Part shown: piece after piece, positions 56,497 through 64,000 of the stretch | Position numbering within the stretch: position 1 is the first letter of the stretch | Layout of the letters: each line of letters starts with the position of its first letter | Source: Patescibacteria group bacterium | GTDB taxonomy: Bacteria; Patescibacteriota; Microgenomatia; JAMCYU01 | DNA length: 64,000 bases | Assembly: GCA_023473585.1 (NCBI GenBank) | Contig: JAMCYU010000001.1 | Coordinates: 2,507-66,506, forward strand | Direction of reading: 5' to 3' | The notes under the pieces: generated by a model | The model's input: only the letters and a program-made list of their open reading frames with translations | Databases searched by the model: none | What the model was told of the DNA's origin: nothing | Translations under genes and position numbers: made by a program

Positions 56497-57537
56497 ATGA
56501 ACAAGATCTATCTGGAAGATTTTCGTTTCCTTCTTTCGCAAAAATTACCATGGGAGAACTTACGGAATAAAACTCTTCTTATTACCGGAGCTTCGGGTTT
56601 TATTGCCTCCTATCTTATTAAATTTCTGCTTTTTTTAAATAAAGAAATGGGTCTTCATCTTAAGGTTATTGGGATTGTCAGAAATAAAAAGAATGGGGAC
56701 CAAAAATTTGCTGAATATAAAAAGAGCCAAGATTTGAAAATTCTTGTTCAGGATATTGCTAACCCTCTTAAAATAAAGGAGAAAGTTCATTTTATTATTC
56801 ATGCCGCCAGCCAGGCCAGCCCCAAATATTATAATCTCGATCCCGTTGGGACTTTAAAAGCTAATGTTTTAGGCACCTATAACCTTTTGGAGTTGGCGAA
56901 AAATAACCCTCTTGAGAGTTTTCTTTTCTTAAGTTCTGGTGAAATTTACGGAATGACACCGGCAAAAAAAATAACCAACGAAACCTCCTATGGTTATCTT
57001 GACCCCTTGAATATCAGATCTTGTTATGGCGAAAGCAAACGTTTAGGAGAAACGCTGTGCGTTTCCTACTCTCACCAATACCAAATTCCCGCGAAAATTG
57101 TCAGGCTTTATCATACTTATGGGCCGGGAGTGAATTTAAATGATGGCAGGGTTTTCGCTGATTTTATCAAAAACATCTTAACTAATGAGAATATTGTTCT
57201 TAAAAGCAGCGGCAAAACAACGCGTTCTTTTTCTTATATCGCCGATACTGTTTGTGGATTATTCACAGTGCTTTTCAAAGGAAAAAATCAGGAAGCATAT
57301 AATCTTGCTAACGAGAATGCCACTGTTTCTATAAAAGAACTGGCCGAAACTTTAATTAAATTATTTCCGCAAAAAAAATTGAAAATGATTTTTGAAAAGA
57401 GAGACAAGAAAGAGCTTTATTCTGAAAGTAAAATTACTGATAATAATCCAGATACTAAAAAATTATCTTCGTTAGGTTGGCAGCCGCATTTTTCTTTAAA
57501 AGAAGGTTTTAAAAGAACGATTGAAAGTTATAACTAG
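56497..57537 (+). CDS. NAD-dependent epimerase/dehydratase/reductase (extended SDR)
   Basis: TGASGFIAS, HAASQASP, SSGEIYG, YGESKR, RLYHTYGP. Confidence 0.88.
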   Translation: MNKIYLEDFRFLLSQKLPWENLRNKTLLITGASGFIASYLIKFLLFLNKEMGLHLKVIGIVRNKKNGDQKFAEYKKSQDLKILVQDIANPLKIKEKVHFIIHAASQASPKYYNLDPVGTLKANVLGTYNLLELAKNNPLESFLFLSSGEIYGMTPAKKITNETSYGYLDPLNIRSCYGESKRLGETLCVSYSHQYQIPAKIVRLYHTYGPGVNLNDGRVFADFIKNILTNENIVLKSSGKTTRSFSYIADTVCGLFTVLFKGKNQEAYNLANENATVSIKELAETLIKLFPQKKLKMIFEKRDKKELYSESKITDNNPDTKKLSSLGWQPHFSLKEGFKRTIESYN

Positions 57538-57543
57538 GTAAGA

Positions 57544-59343
57544 TTACTGAAGTTCTTCCCTGATATGATTTATTTCCTCATCTTCTAAAAAGGGAAACAT
57601 TTCGTCCATTGGCGCCGATACAAGTTTACCGTCGGTTGTTTTTTTTGAAGAAACGCCCAGAATATCCTGCCACTTTGGACAGACAATTTCGCAAATAACC
57701 GTCTTTGGACTTTTAAGGATTAAGGGTATCTTTTTTGATAAATCATCTTCTTTCTCCAGCCTATAAAAGGTAAGACCGTAAGCCTTGGCGATTTTTTCCG
57801 TATCCGGAATTAAAACTCCAGATTTGGGCCCCTCGCCGATTAAACGACCGTTAAAAAAGTTCTTCTGCGTCGTCCGGATCGCTAAATAACCATGATTATT
57901 GATGACAAAAATTTTAGCCGGTATTTTATGATAGCCAATCGTGGCTAACTCATGAATATTTAATTGCAATGATCCATCTCCGGTAATACAGATAATCTTT
58001 GCTCGTTTTTGTGCCGCCCAAACACCTAAAATAGCCGGAAGATTATAACCCATCGTTAAAGTGGCGCCGGGAATAATCATTCGCTGCTCTTTTTTCAATT
58101 TTAAGGTTTGCGTACTAATATAGGCCGTCACTCCAGCGTCAGCAATAAAAATATCGCCGGGTTTTGAAGATTTGGCAACTGCCCAAATGGCCTTATACAT
58201 ATTAATTTCTTTAAGTTGTTTATCGGTTTTCGGGATAAAAAGAGAGTATTTGTTTTTTATCTCCTGGCATTTTTTTAACCAAAAACCATGATCATGTTCT
58301 TTAATCTTGTCCTTTAAAATCGCCCTACTTAATTTATCAATGAAACATTTGGCGTCAGAAATAATTAACGAATCGATTTTAATGGTTTTCTTCTTGTGTT
58401 CCTCGGGGTCAATATCAATCACGATTTTATAAGAAAGCGGTGAGAATTTATCATATTCGTGACCAATAAAAGGAACCGCCAAACGACTCCCCAAAGAAAT
58501 AATGAGGTCTGAATTTTGGATAATCATATTGGCAGCTCGATCACCCCTGGTTCCTCCGTGCCCCATATAAAACGGGTTATCATACTCTAAAAGGTCAAAA
58601 CCCATATCGGGGACAACCACCGGGATTCTTAAAAGGGAAATAAGCTTTCGAAATTCCTTAACGGCACCGGAAAGTCTTACCCCGCCGCCGGCAATCATGA
58701 CCGGTTTTTTAAATTTTTGGAGAAGGCTTATGACTTGCCCTATTTCCTGGTCAGTAGCACAAGGAACCGTCTTTTTAGTTTCATTTTGGTTAAAAGGAAG
58801 AAGACCAAGAGGCTCAATTTCTGAAGCGGCAATATCTGACGGGATATCAAGCCATACAGGACCAGGTCTTCCAAACCGAGCTAAAAAATAAGCCTTTTCG
58901 ATCTGCCATCTTGCATCTTCCGGTTTTTCAATAATCGAAGCGTATTTAGTCAATGTTTTAACAATCGGGATAATATTAACTTCCTGAATTCCAAACTGGC
59001 GAAGAGAAGAAACCTCTGAAAATTGAGTCATTTGGGATTTTTTGGCCTGGCTGGACAAGAAAATAACCGGAATTGAATTTTGATAAGCTTCCAAAAGTCC
59101 GGTAATCGCATTCGTTGAGCCGGGACCGGAAGTGACCATGACGGCGCCGGGGATATTTTTTGTTTTCGCGTACGCCTCAGCAGCCATGGCCGCCGCTTGC
59201 TCGTGATGACAACAGATATAATTGATTTTCTTGTGACAGACAACGGCGTCATTTAAATACATCGCCCCGCCGCCGGCTAAAGTAAAAATATGGCTAATCC
59301 CTTTCTTGTAAAGAAAATCAATGATGTAATCAGCAACTCTCAT
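57544..59343 (-). CDS. ThDP-dependent carboligase (acetolactate synthase-like, YerE-like)
   Basis: HHEQAAAMAAEAY, TSGPGSTNAITG, GRPGPVWLDIP, GDGSLQLN...NNHGY; located between rfbG and rfbH. Confidence 0.85.
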   Translation of the reverse strand: MRVADYIIDFLYKKGISHIFTLAGGGAMYLNDAVVCHKKINYICCHHEQAAAMAAEAYAKTKNIPGAVMVTSGPGSTNAITGLLEAYQNSIPVIFLSSQAKKSQMTQFSEVSSLRQFGIQEVNIIPIVKTLTKYASIIEKPEDARWQIEKAYFLARFGRPGPVWLDIPSDIAASEIEPLGLLPFNQNETKKTVPCATDQEIGQVISLLQKFKKPVMIAGGGVRLSGAVKEFRKLISLLRIPVVVPDMGFDLLEYDNPFYMGHGGTRGDRAANMIIQNSDLIISLGSRLAVPFIGHEYDKFSPLSYKIVIDIDPEEHKKKTIKIDSLIISDAKCFIDKLSRAILKDKIKEHDHGFWLKKCQEIKNKYSLFIPKTDKQLKEINMYKAIWAVAKSSKPGDIFIADAGVTAYISTQTLKLKKEQRMIIPGATLTMGYNLPAILGVWAAQKRAKIICITGDGSLQLNIHELATIGYHKIPAKIFVINNHGYLAIRTTQKNFFNGRLIGEGPKSGVLIPDTEKIAKAYGLTFYRLEKEDDLSKKIPLILKSPKTVICEIVCPKWQDILGVSSKKTTDGKLVSAPMDEMFPFLEDEEINHIREELQ

Positions 59344-59346
59344 TGT

Positions 59347-60522
59347 TTAAATTTTAGCAAGGGCGATTTTAATCTTTTTTAGGCCTTCTTTTAAATTCTC
59401 AATTGAGGTTGCGTAAGAAATGCGAAGATAACCTTCTCCGTATTTTCCAAAAGCCGTTCCCGGCAAAAGTGCAACTTGAGCCTTGTTAAGAAGATAATCC
59501 GCTAGCCAGGCGGAACTTTTTTTGAATTTTTTAATATTCGGAAAAACATAGAAAGCTCCTTCCGGTTGTTGACAGGAAACACCGGGAATATTATTTAAAA
59601 GCCGAACGACGATATCTCTTCTTTTCTCAAATTCAAAAACCATTTTTTTTGCTTCTTTTTGTGGACCGGTCAGGGCTTCTAAACCGGCATATTGGGTAAA
59701 AGTCGCCGTACAACCAACTAAATGGGTCAATAATGAATCGATTTTGTCTGTAAGAACTGGGGGCATGACTAAATAGCCCAAGCGCCAACCGGTCATCGAA
59801 TAGGTTTTAGAAAAACCGTCAACGATAATCGTCCTCTCCTTCATCTTCGGCAAACTAAAAATACTTTCATATTCCTTATGGTCATAAAGAAGATGCGAAT
59901 AGATTTCATCGGTTAGAACCCAGGTTTTGGTTTTTTTTACCAATTCGGCAATCTCCATGAGAATACTTTTGGACATAACGCCGCCGGTCGGATTGCTCGG
60001 TGAATTTAAAATAACAAGTTTGGTTTTTTTTGAAAAATGTTTTTTAAAGATTCTCATGTCGAAACCAAAACTGTTCTCCTCCAAAAGAGGGATCGGTTTT
60101 CTCATGCCGCCAAAAAAATCGACTAAGGTTTCGTAGGTCGGAAAACCGGGGTTAGGATAAATAATTTCATCACCCTTTTCTATGGTTGCCGCCATGGCAA
60201 CAAAAATAGCGGTTTTACCGCTGGGGGTGACGGCTATTGAATCGCTGAAAACATTAATTTTTCTTTCTTTAGAAATTTTTTTGGCAAGAGCTTCTCTTAA
60301 GGGAGAAATTCCCAACGGAGGATTATACTTAGTTAAACCGTTTTGAAGAGCTTTTATCCCTGCCTGGGTAATATTCTTGGGGGTTGGAAAATCAGGCTGA
60401 CCAATTTCAAAATGAATTATTTTTTTGCCTTGTTTTTCCAAAACTTCCGCTTTTGCCAAAACCTGATAAGCGCCCTCTGCCCTAAGCAGCTTTATTCTTT
60501 CTGTAAATTTAAGAGTTTTCAT
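59347..60522 (-). CDS. PLP-dependent class I/II aminotransferase
   Basis: IGQPDF, NSPSNPTG, DEIY, GFSKTYSMTGWRLG, GAFYVFP, LRISYA. Confidence 0.92.
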   Translation of the reverse strand: MKTLKFTERIKLLRAEGAYQVLAKAEVLEKQGKKIIHFEIGQPDFPTPKNITQAGIKALQNGLTKYNPPLGISPLREALAKKISKERKINVFSDSIAVTPSGKTAIFVAMAATIEKGDEIIYPNPGFPTYETLVDFFGGMRKPIPLLEENSFGFDMRIFKKHFSKKTKLVILNSPSNPTGGVMSKSILMEIAELVKKTKTWVLTDEIYSHLLYDHKEYESIFSLPKMKERTIIVDGFSKTYSMTGWRLGYLVMPPVLTDKIDSLLTHLVGCTATFTQYAGLEALTGPQKEAKKMVFEFEKRRDIVVRLLNNIPGVSCQQPEGAFYVFPNIKKFKKSSAWLADYLLNKAQVALLPGTAFGKYGEGYLRISYATSIENLKEGLKKIKIALAKI

Positions 60523-61499
60523 CTTTTCTCGTCCTTAAGGTGTTTTTGGTACCATAAAAAAGTCTCTTTGATCCCCTCTTTGAAGGCATAATTGGTTCGC
60601 CAGCCAAGATTCCTGATTTTTCTGTCATTAAGATGTTGGTAGGGAATTTCGTTTTTTGCGGTATTTAAGATTTTGTAGGGAATTTTAACTTTTAAAATTC
60701 CTTCTATTTTTTTAACTAACGCCAAAACCGACAATGTCTCGCTGGAAGAAAAATTAAAAGCTTCACCTTTAATTTTGGCAAAATTTTGTAAAAGAAACAA
60801 ATAGCCGCAAACGACGTCTTTAACATAAAGATAATCTCTTACATATTTGCCGTTACTTCTTAATTCTAAAGGTTTATTTTTTATCACGGCCGTGCATATT
60901 CCGGGAATAATCCTATCAGAATGTAAATCGCCTTCTCCGTAGACATTGCCAAAACGCGTTACGGCTACCGGCAATCCATAAGTTTTATAGTAAGCCAAAG
61001 AGATTAGGTCTTCGCAGGATTTAGAAACATCATAAGGATGATCGCCTTTCAGGGCGTCTTCTTCCCAATATTTTCCCTTGATTAATTTTCCATAGGCCTT
61101 ATCGGAGGAAGCAACGATTATTCCCTTGACAAAAGAAGAGAGTCTTGCGGCTTCTAAAAGATTAATTGTCCCCATGACGTTTGTTTCAAAGGCTTCCCGC
61201 GGCTTTTCTAAGGAAGCGGTAACCGTTGAATAGGCGGCTAAATGAAAAACATATTCGGGTTGATATCTTCGGAAAAGTTCGAGAATCTTTTTTTCGTTTC
61301 TGATATCCGTCAATTCCAATTTGACTTTATCTTTGAGTTTATTAAGAGAAAAGGTGGAGTTCTTTTTAAGTTCAATATCAACAACAATAACTTTTGCCCC
61401 AAGTTCAAGAAGCTTTTCGACTAAATGACCACCGATAAAACCCGTTCCTCCCGTCACTAAAATTGTTTTTCCCAAAAGTCCTGATTTAATCATCTTCAT
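60519..61499 (-). CDS. rfbG: CDP-glucose 4,6-dehydratase-like SDR
   Basis: TGGTGFIG, HLAA, SSDKAYG, PYDVSK, RFGNVYGEGD; directly after rfbF. Confidence 0.72.
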   Translation of the reverse strand: MKMIKSGLLGKTILVTGGTGFIGGHLVEKLLELGAKVIVVDIELKKNSTFSLNKLKDKVKLELTDIRNEKKILELFRRYQPEYVFHLAAYSTVTASLEKPREAFETNVMGTINLLEAARLSSFVKGIIVASSDKAYGKLIKGKYWEEDALKGDHPYDVSKSCEDLISLAYYKTYGLPVAVTRFGNVYGEGDLHSDRIIPGICTAVIKNKPLELRSNGKYVRDYLYVKDVVCGYLFLLQNFAKIKGEAFNFSSSETLSVLALVKKIEGILKVKIPYKILNTAKNEIPYQHLNDRKIRNLGWRTNYAFKEGIKETFLWYQKHLKDEKR

Positions 61500-61505
61500 A
61501 AAAGA

Positions 61506-62285
61506 TTAGTCTTTCCAAATTTTCCACTTTGGATCTTCTTTCCAAAGACGGTTAAGATCATCCACGTCAGGATAAGTGTCCATCGAGTGCCAGAAACCGT
61601 CATGGATAAAAAGCGAAAGCTCTCTTTTGCGGATTAATCTTTTTAGGGCCGGGTGTTCCATTTCCCCTGTTTTTAAGTATCTAAAAAATTCCCTTTTAAA
61701 AACCATAAACCCGCCGTTAACCCATTCATGAAGTACCGGCTTCTCAATAAATTTATCAATAATGCCGCTTCGGTTGGTTTTTAAAAGCCCGTATTTGCTT
61801 CTGGGGTGAACGCCGATAATTGTCCCGATTTTATTTTTCTTTTGATGAAACTTGACCAATTCATTAAGATCAACGTCGCCGACACCGTCTCCATAAGTCA
61901 CCATAAAATCTTCGTCTTCTTGAGGGATATAGGGTTTAAGCCTTAAGATTCTTTCTCCGGGCAAAGTATTTTCGCCGGTATCCACAAAGGTGATTTTAAA
62001 ATCGTCGCCGGTTTTTCCGTCATTTTTGTAAACTCTGGCAAAACCGCTTTTGGTAAAAAGGGTAAAATTGTTGGCAAAATATTTTTGATTCAAAAAATAA
62101 TCTTTAATGTAGTCGCCTTTGTACCCCAAAGCCAGAATAAAGTCATTGAAGCCGTAATGGGCATAGATTTTCATGATGTGCCAAAGAATCGGCTTACCGC
62201 CGACATTAACCATGGGTTTAGGTTTAAATTCCGTTTCTTCTTTTAACCTGTATCCTATTCCCCCGCAAAGAATAATTGTTTTCAT
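61506..62285 (-). CDS. rfbF: Glucose-1-phosphate cytidylyltransferase
   Basis: LCGGIGYRLKEET..KPKPMV..GGKPILWHIM, LGYKG, VDTG, TYGDG, FWHSMDT. Confidence 0.92.
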   Translation of the reverse strand: MKTIILCGGIGYRLKEETEFKPKPMVNVGGKPILWHIMKIYAHYGFNDFILALGYKGDYIKDYFLNQKYFANNFTLFTKSGFARVYKNDGKTGDDFKITFVDTGENTLPGERILRLKPYIPQEDEDFMVTYGDGVGDVDLNELVKFHQKKNKIGTIIGVHPRSKYGLLKTNRSGIIDKFIEKPVLHEWVNGGFMVFKREFFRYLKTGEMEHPALKRLIRKRELSLFIHDGFWHSMDTYPDVDDLNRLWKEDPKWKIWKD

Positions 62286-63322
62286 TTTAAAAAATATTGT
62301 TTACTTAAAAAAGCGTATGTATTATATACCTTTTTAAGATTTTGTGCCCGGTTGATCTTGTTTTTGCCCGCATGTTGAATGGCTCTGATTATTTTCCAAA
62401 CAAATTTTGGCAGCAATAGGGCCATAATGATAAATAACCAAAATAATAAATTTCTTTTTAATCTTGGCTCGAGTTTGACTAGTCTTTTATCAAATTTAAT
62501 TAAATTAGAACTATTCGAATATAATTTAATAGCTGGCTGCAAAATAATGAAATTCTTATAAAAATTTAGCTTGAAAGCATTGAGTTCTTTTGGAGAAATA
62601 ACTTTAAAAACATAATCGGTATAAGTTTCAAACATTAAACGATTCTGTTTGGAGACTTGGTAATGCGTCAGGATGTCACCTTGAGACCAGGTAATAACCA
62701 TATAATTCTTTGAGCTAAAAAGGGCGCCGTCTTTTTGGGTCGCTTCAAAAATTGCCTTAATCCATGCCGTTTCTCGACAATCAGTCACCTTATTTTCGAT
62801 TCCTTTACTATTCTTAATGACCAAGCCCGCCACATGTCCGGCGGCGACTTTATTAAAAAAATGAACGATTTTTTCTCCCGAGGAATTCTTGGGAAGAACG
62901 ATATCTTTTTCAATGGTAATAATACTTTTACGAAGGCCTTTCCCTATAAATTTTCTTTCGATTAAATTCAGGCGAAGAAAACCATAATTTTTTTTATCAA
63001 TTATTTTTTTTATTTGCTCCAGCGTGTCTTCAAAAAGAATAAAATCGTCATCACCCATCGTAAAAAGGTATTTTCCCCTGGCGTAGGAAAAAACTTTTTG
63101 ATAATTTAATTCAGCACCAATGTTAATTTTGTTACGGTAATATCTAATTCGCTTATCTTTAAAAGACTTGATCACTTGTTGTGTTTCGTCGGTAGAGGCG
63201 TTATCGGAAATAATCAGTTCAAAATCCTTAAAAGTTTGTTTAAGAGTAATGGCAATCGTTGCCTTTAAAAGCTCATAACGGTTGTAGGTAGGAATAACGA
63301 TAGAAAAAAAAGGTTTTGTCAT
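62282..63322 (-). CDS. GT2 glycosyltransferase (possibly a dideoxy-sugar transferase)
   Basis: SIVIPTYNR, SDNASTD, NIGAELN, MGDDD; first gene of the rfbF operon. Confidence 0.85.
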   Translation of the reverse strand: MTKPFFSIVIPTYNRYELLKATIAITLKQTFKDFELIISDNASTDETQQVIKSFKDKRIRYYRNKINIGAELNYQKVFSYARGKYLFTMGDDDFILFEDTLEQIKKIIDKKNYGFLRLNLIERKFIGKGLRKSIITIEKDIVLPKNSSGEKIVHFFNKVAAGHVAGLVIKNSKGIENKVTDCRETAWIKAIFEATQKDGALFSSKNYMVITWSQGDILTHYQVSKQNRLMFETYTDYVFKVISPKELNAFKLNFYKNFIILQPAIKLYSNSSNLIKFDKRLVKLEPRLKRNLLFWLFIIMALLLPKFVWKIIRAIQHAGKNKINRAQNLKKVYNTYAFLSKQYFLK

Positions 63323-63330
63323 CCGTTTTG

Positions 63331-63359
63331 TTTACAAGATAAGTATTTTACACTATAAT
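63331..63359 (+). promoter_or_regulatory. Sigma70 promoter in the divergent gap
   Basis: + strand TTTACA, N17, TATAAT; an opposing TAAAAT on the minus strand at 63350-63345. Confidence 0.6.
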
Positions 63360-63377
63360 TAGGCCAAATTAAAGAGT

Positions 63378-64000
63378 ATGACAAAAAAGAAAAAACTACT
63401 AATATTTTGCCTAAAATTATTTCTTATTGGTCTTCTTCTTTATAATCTCGGCGCTGTTGTTTCGGAAAATAAAGAGAAATATTTTACTTTTGATTACTGG
63501 CAGAGGTTTCCGTCCTTAAAATTTATTTATGAAAATTCGCAATATGTAACGAAAACGCCTATCGGATGGATTCCCGACGAAATAATTTATTCTTATAATG
63601 GACCGGCCCTTGTTAAGGGTGGCTCGCCGATTTTAATCGTTCCCGATTCCCCACCACTGGGTAAATATTTAATCGGCCTGTCTGCTTTAATTTTTAATAA
63701 TGAAAAACTTGTTATTCTTTTCTCCGGCTTTTTAAGCTTCTTTTTTCTTTATCTTCTAGGCAAACAATTATTTAATAATACCATTCTCGCTCTTTTACCC
63801 TGTGTTTTTTTAAGCTTTGAAAAACTCATCTTAAATCAGTTTGTTTTTGTTCCTCTTTTAGATATAATTCAGCTTCCGTTTCTTCTTTCCTGTTTTTATT
63901 TCTTTAATAAAGGCCTCGCTGGAAAAAAGAAAAAACAACTTCTCTATTTCTCTCTCTCGTCAATTTTATTAGGCTGTTTTATTGCCACTAAATTTTTTGT
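63378..64000 (+). CDS. PMT/ArnT-like GT-C membrane protein (partial, runs off the right edge)
   Basis: Manual translation MTKKKKLLIF...WIPDEIIYSYNG...PDSPPLGKYLIGLS...LLDIIQ...ATKF; DE loop and PPLGK resemble the PMT family; open to the window end. Confidence 0.7.
   Translation, partial: MTKKKKLLIFCLKLFLIGLLLYNLGAVVSENKEKYFTFDYWQRFPSLKFIYENSQYVTKTPIGWIPDEIIYSYNGPALVKGGSPILIVPDSPPLGKYLIGLSALIFNNEKLVILFSGFLSFFFLYLLGKQLFNNTILALLPCVFLSFEKLILNQFVFVPLLDIIQLPFLLSCFYFFNKGLAGKKKKQLLYFSLSSILLGCFIATKFF

Noticed and set aside
57544-59343. Acetolactate synthase IlvB for branched-chain amino acid synthesis
   Set aside because: No ilvN/ilvC/ilvD nearby; the gene is embedded among CDP-sugar genes, which fits a sugar carboligase better.
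3149-62965. Numerous 60-136 aa ORFs antisense to or nested in long genes (e.g. 4288+, 6964+, 27820+, 33239+)
   Set aside because: They overlap well-supported genes, have no recognisable motifs and mostly use alternative starts; treated as shadow ORFs.
1-64000. Alternative genetic code (TGA = Gly, as in Gracilibacteria/SR1)
   Set aside because: TGA ends many full-length genes (ATGA overlaps, mraY) and the ORFs are intact under code 11.
1-64000. tRNA, rRNA, integrase or transposase marking an island boundary
   Set aside because: Intergenic gaps are short (at most ~165 nt); I recognised no cloverleaf, rRNA-like sequence or recombinase motif by eye.

Overview
Gene-dense, mostly minus-strand bacterial region using genetic code 11. 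It is most consistent with a CPR/Patescibacteria genome, probably Microgenomates; this is inferred from N-terminally truncated MurE/MurF, short RecO, homodimeric GlyRS, DUF4012 and pervasive ATGA overlaps. 1-17 kb is a division/cell-wall (dcw) cluster: mraZ, rsmH, ftsL-like, ftsI, murE, pgeF, murC, murB, murA, glmU-like, ddl, murF, dgkA/udpK, mraY, murD, ftsW and partial murG. 17-19.6 kb holds a hypothetical protein, glyQS and recO. 19.6-64 kb is a ~45 kb surface-glycan locus with a priming phosphoglycosyl transferase, ManC, GT2/GT4 enzymes, about seven GT-C-like membrane proteins or domains, an O-antigen-ligase-like fusion, acyl- and methyltransferases, a B12-radical SAM enzyme and a CDP-3,6-dideoxy/branched-sugar module. 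Most notable: (i) a GT4 split at the GT-B linker plus a second orphan N-half, possibly a modular two-subunit GT system; (ii) dispersed 7-bp quasi-tandem repeats inside genes, one at the split point; (iii) an RfbF/G/H + ThDP enzyme + SDR + aminotransferase route to a possibly new branched sugar; (iv) several non-canonical motifs in Mur enzymes. I saw no rRNA, tRNA, CRISPR array or transposase. All family calls come from motif recognition by eye, not database searches.
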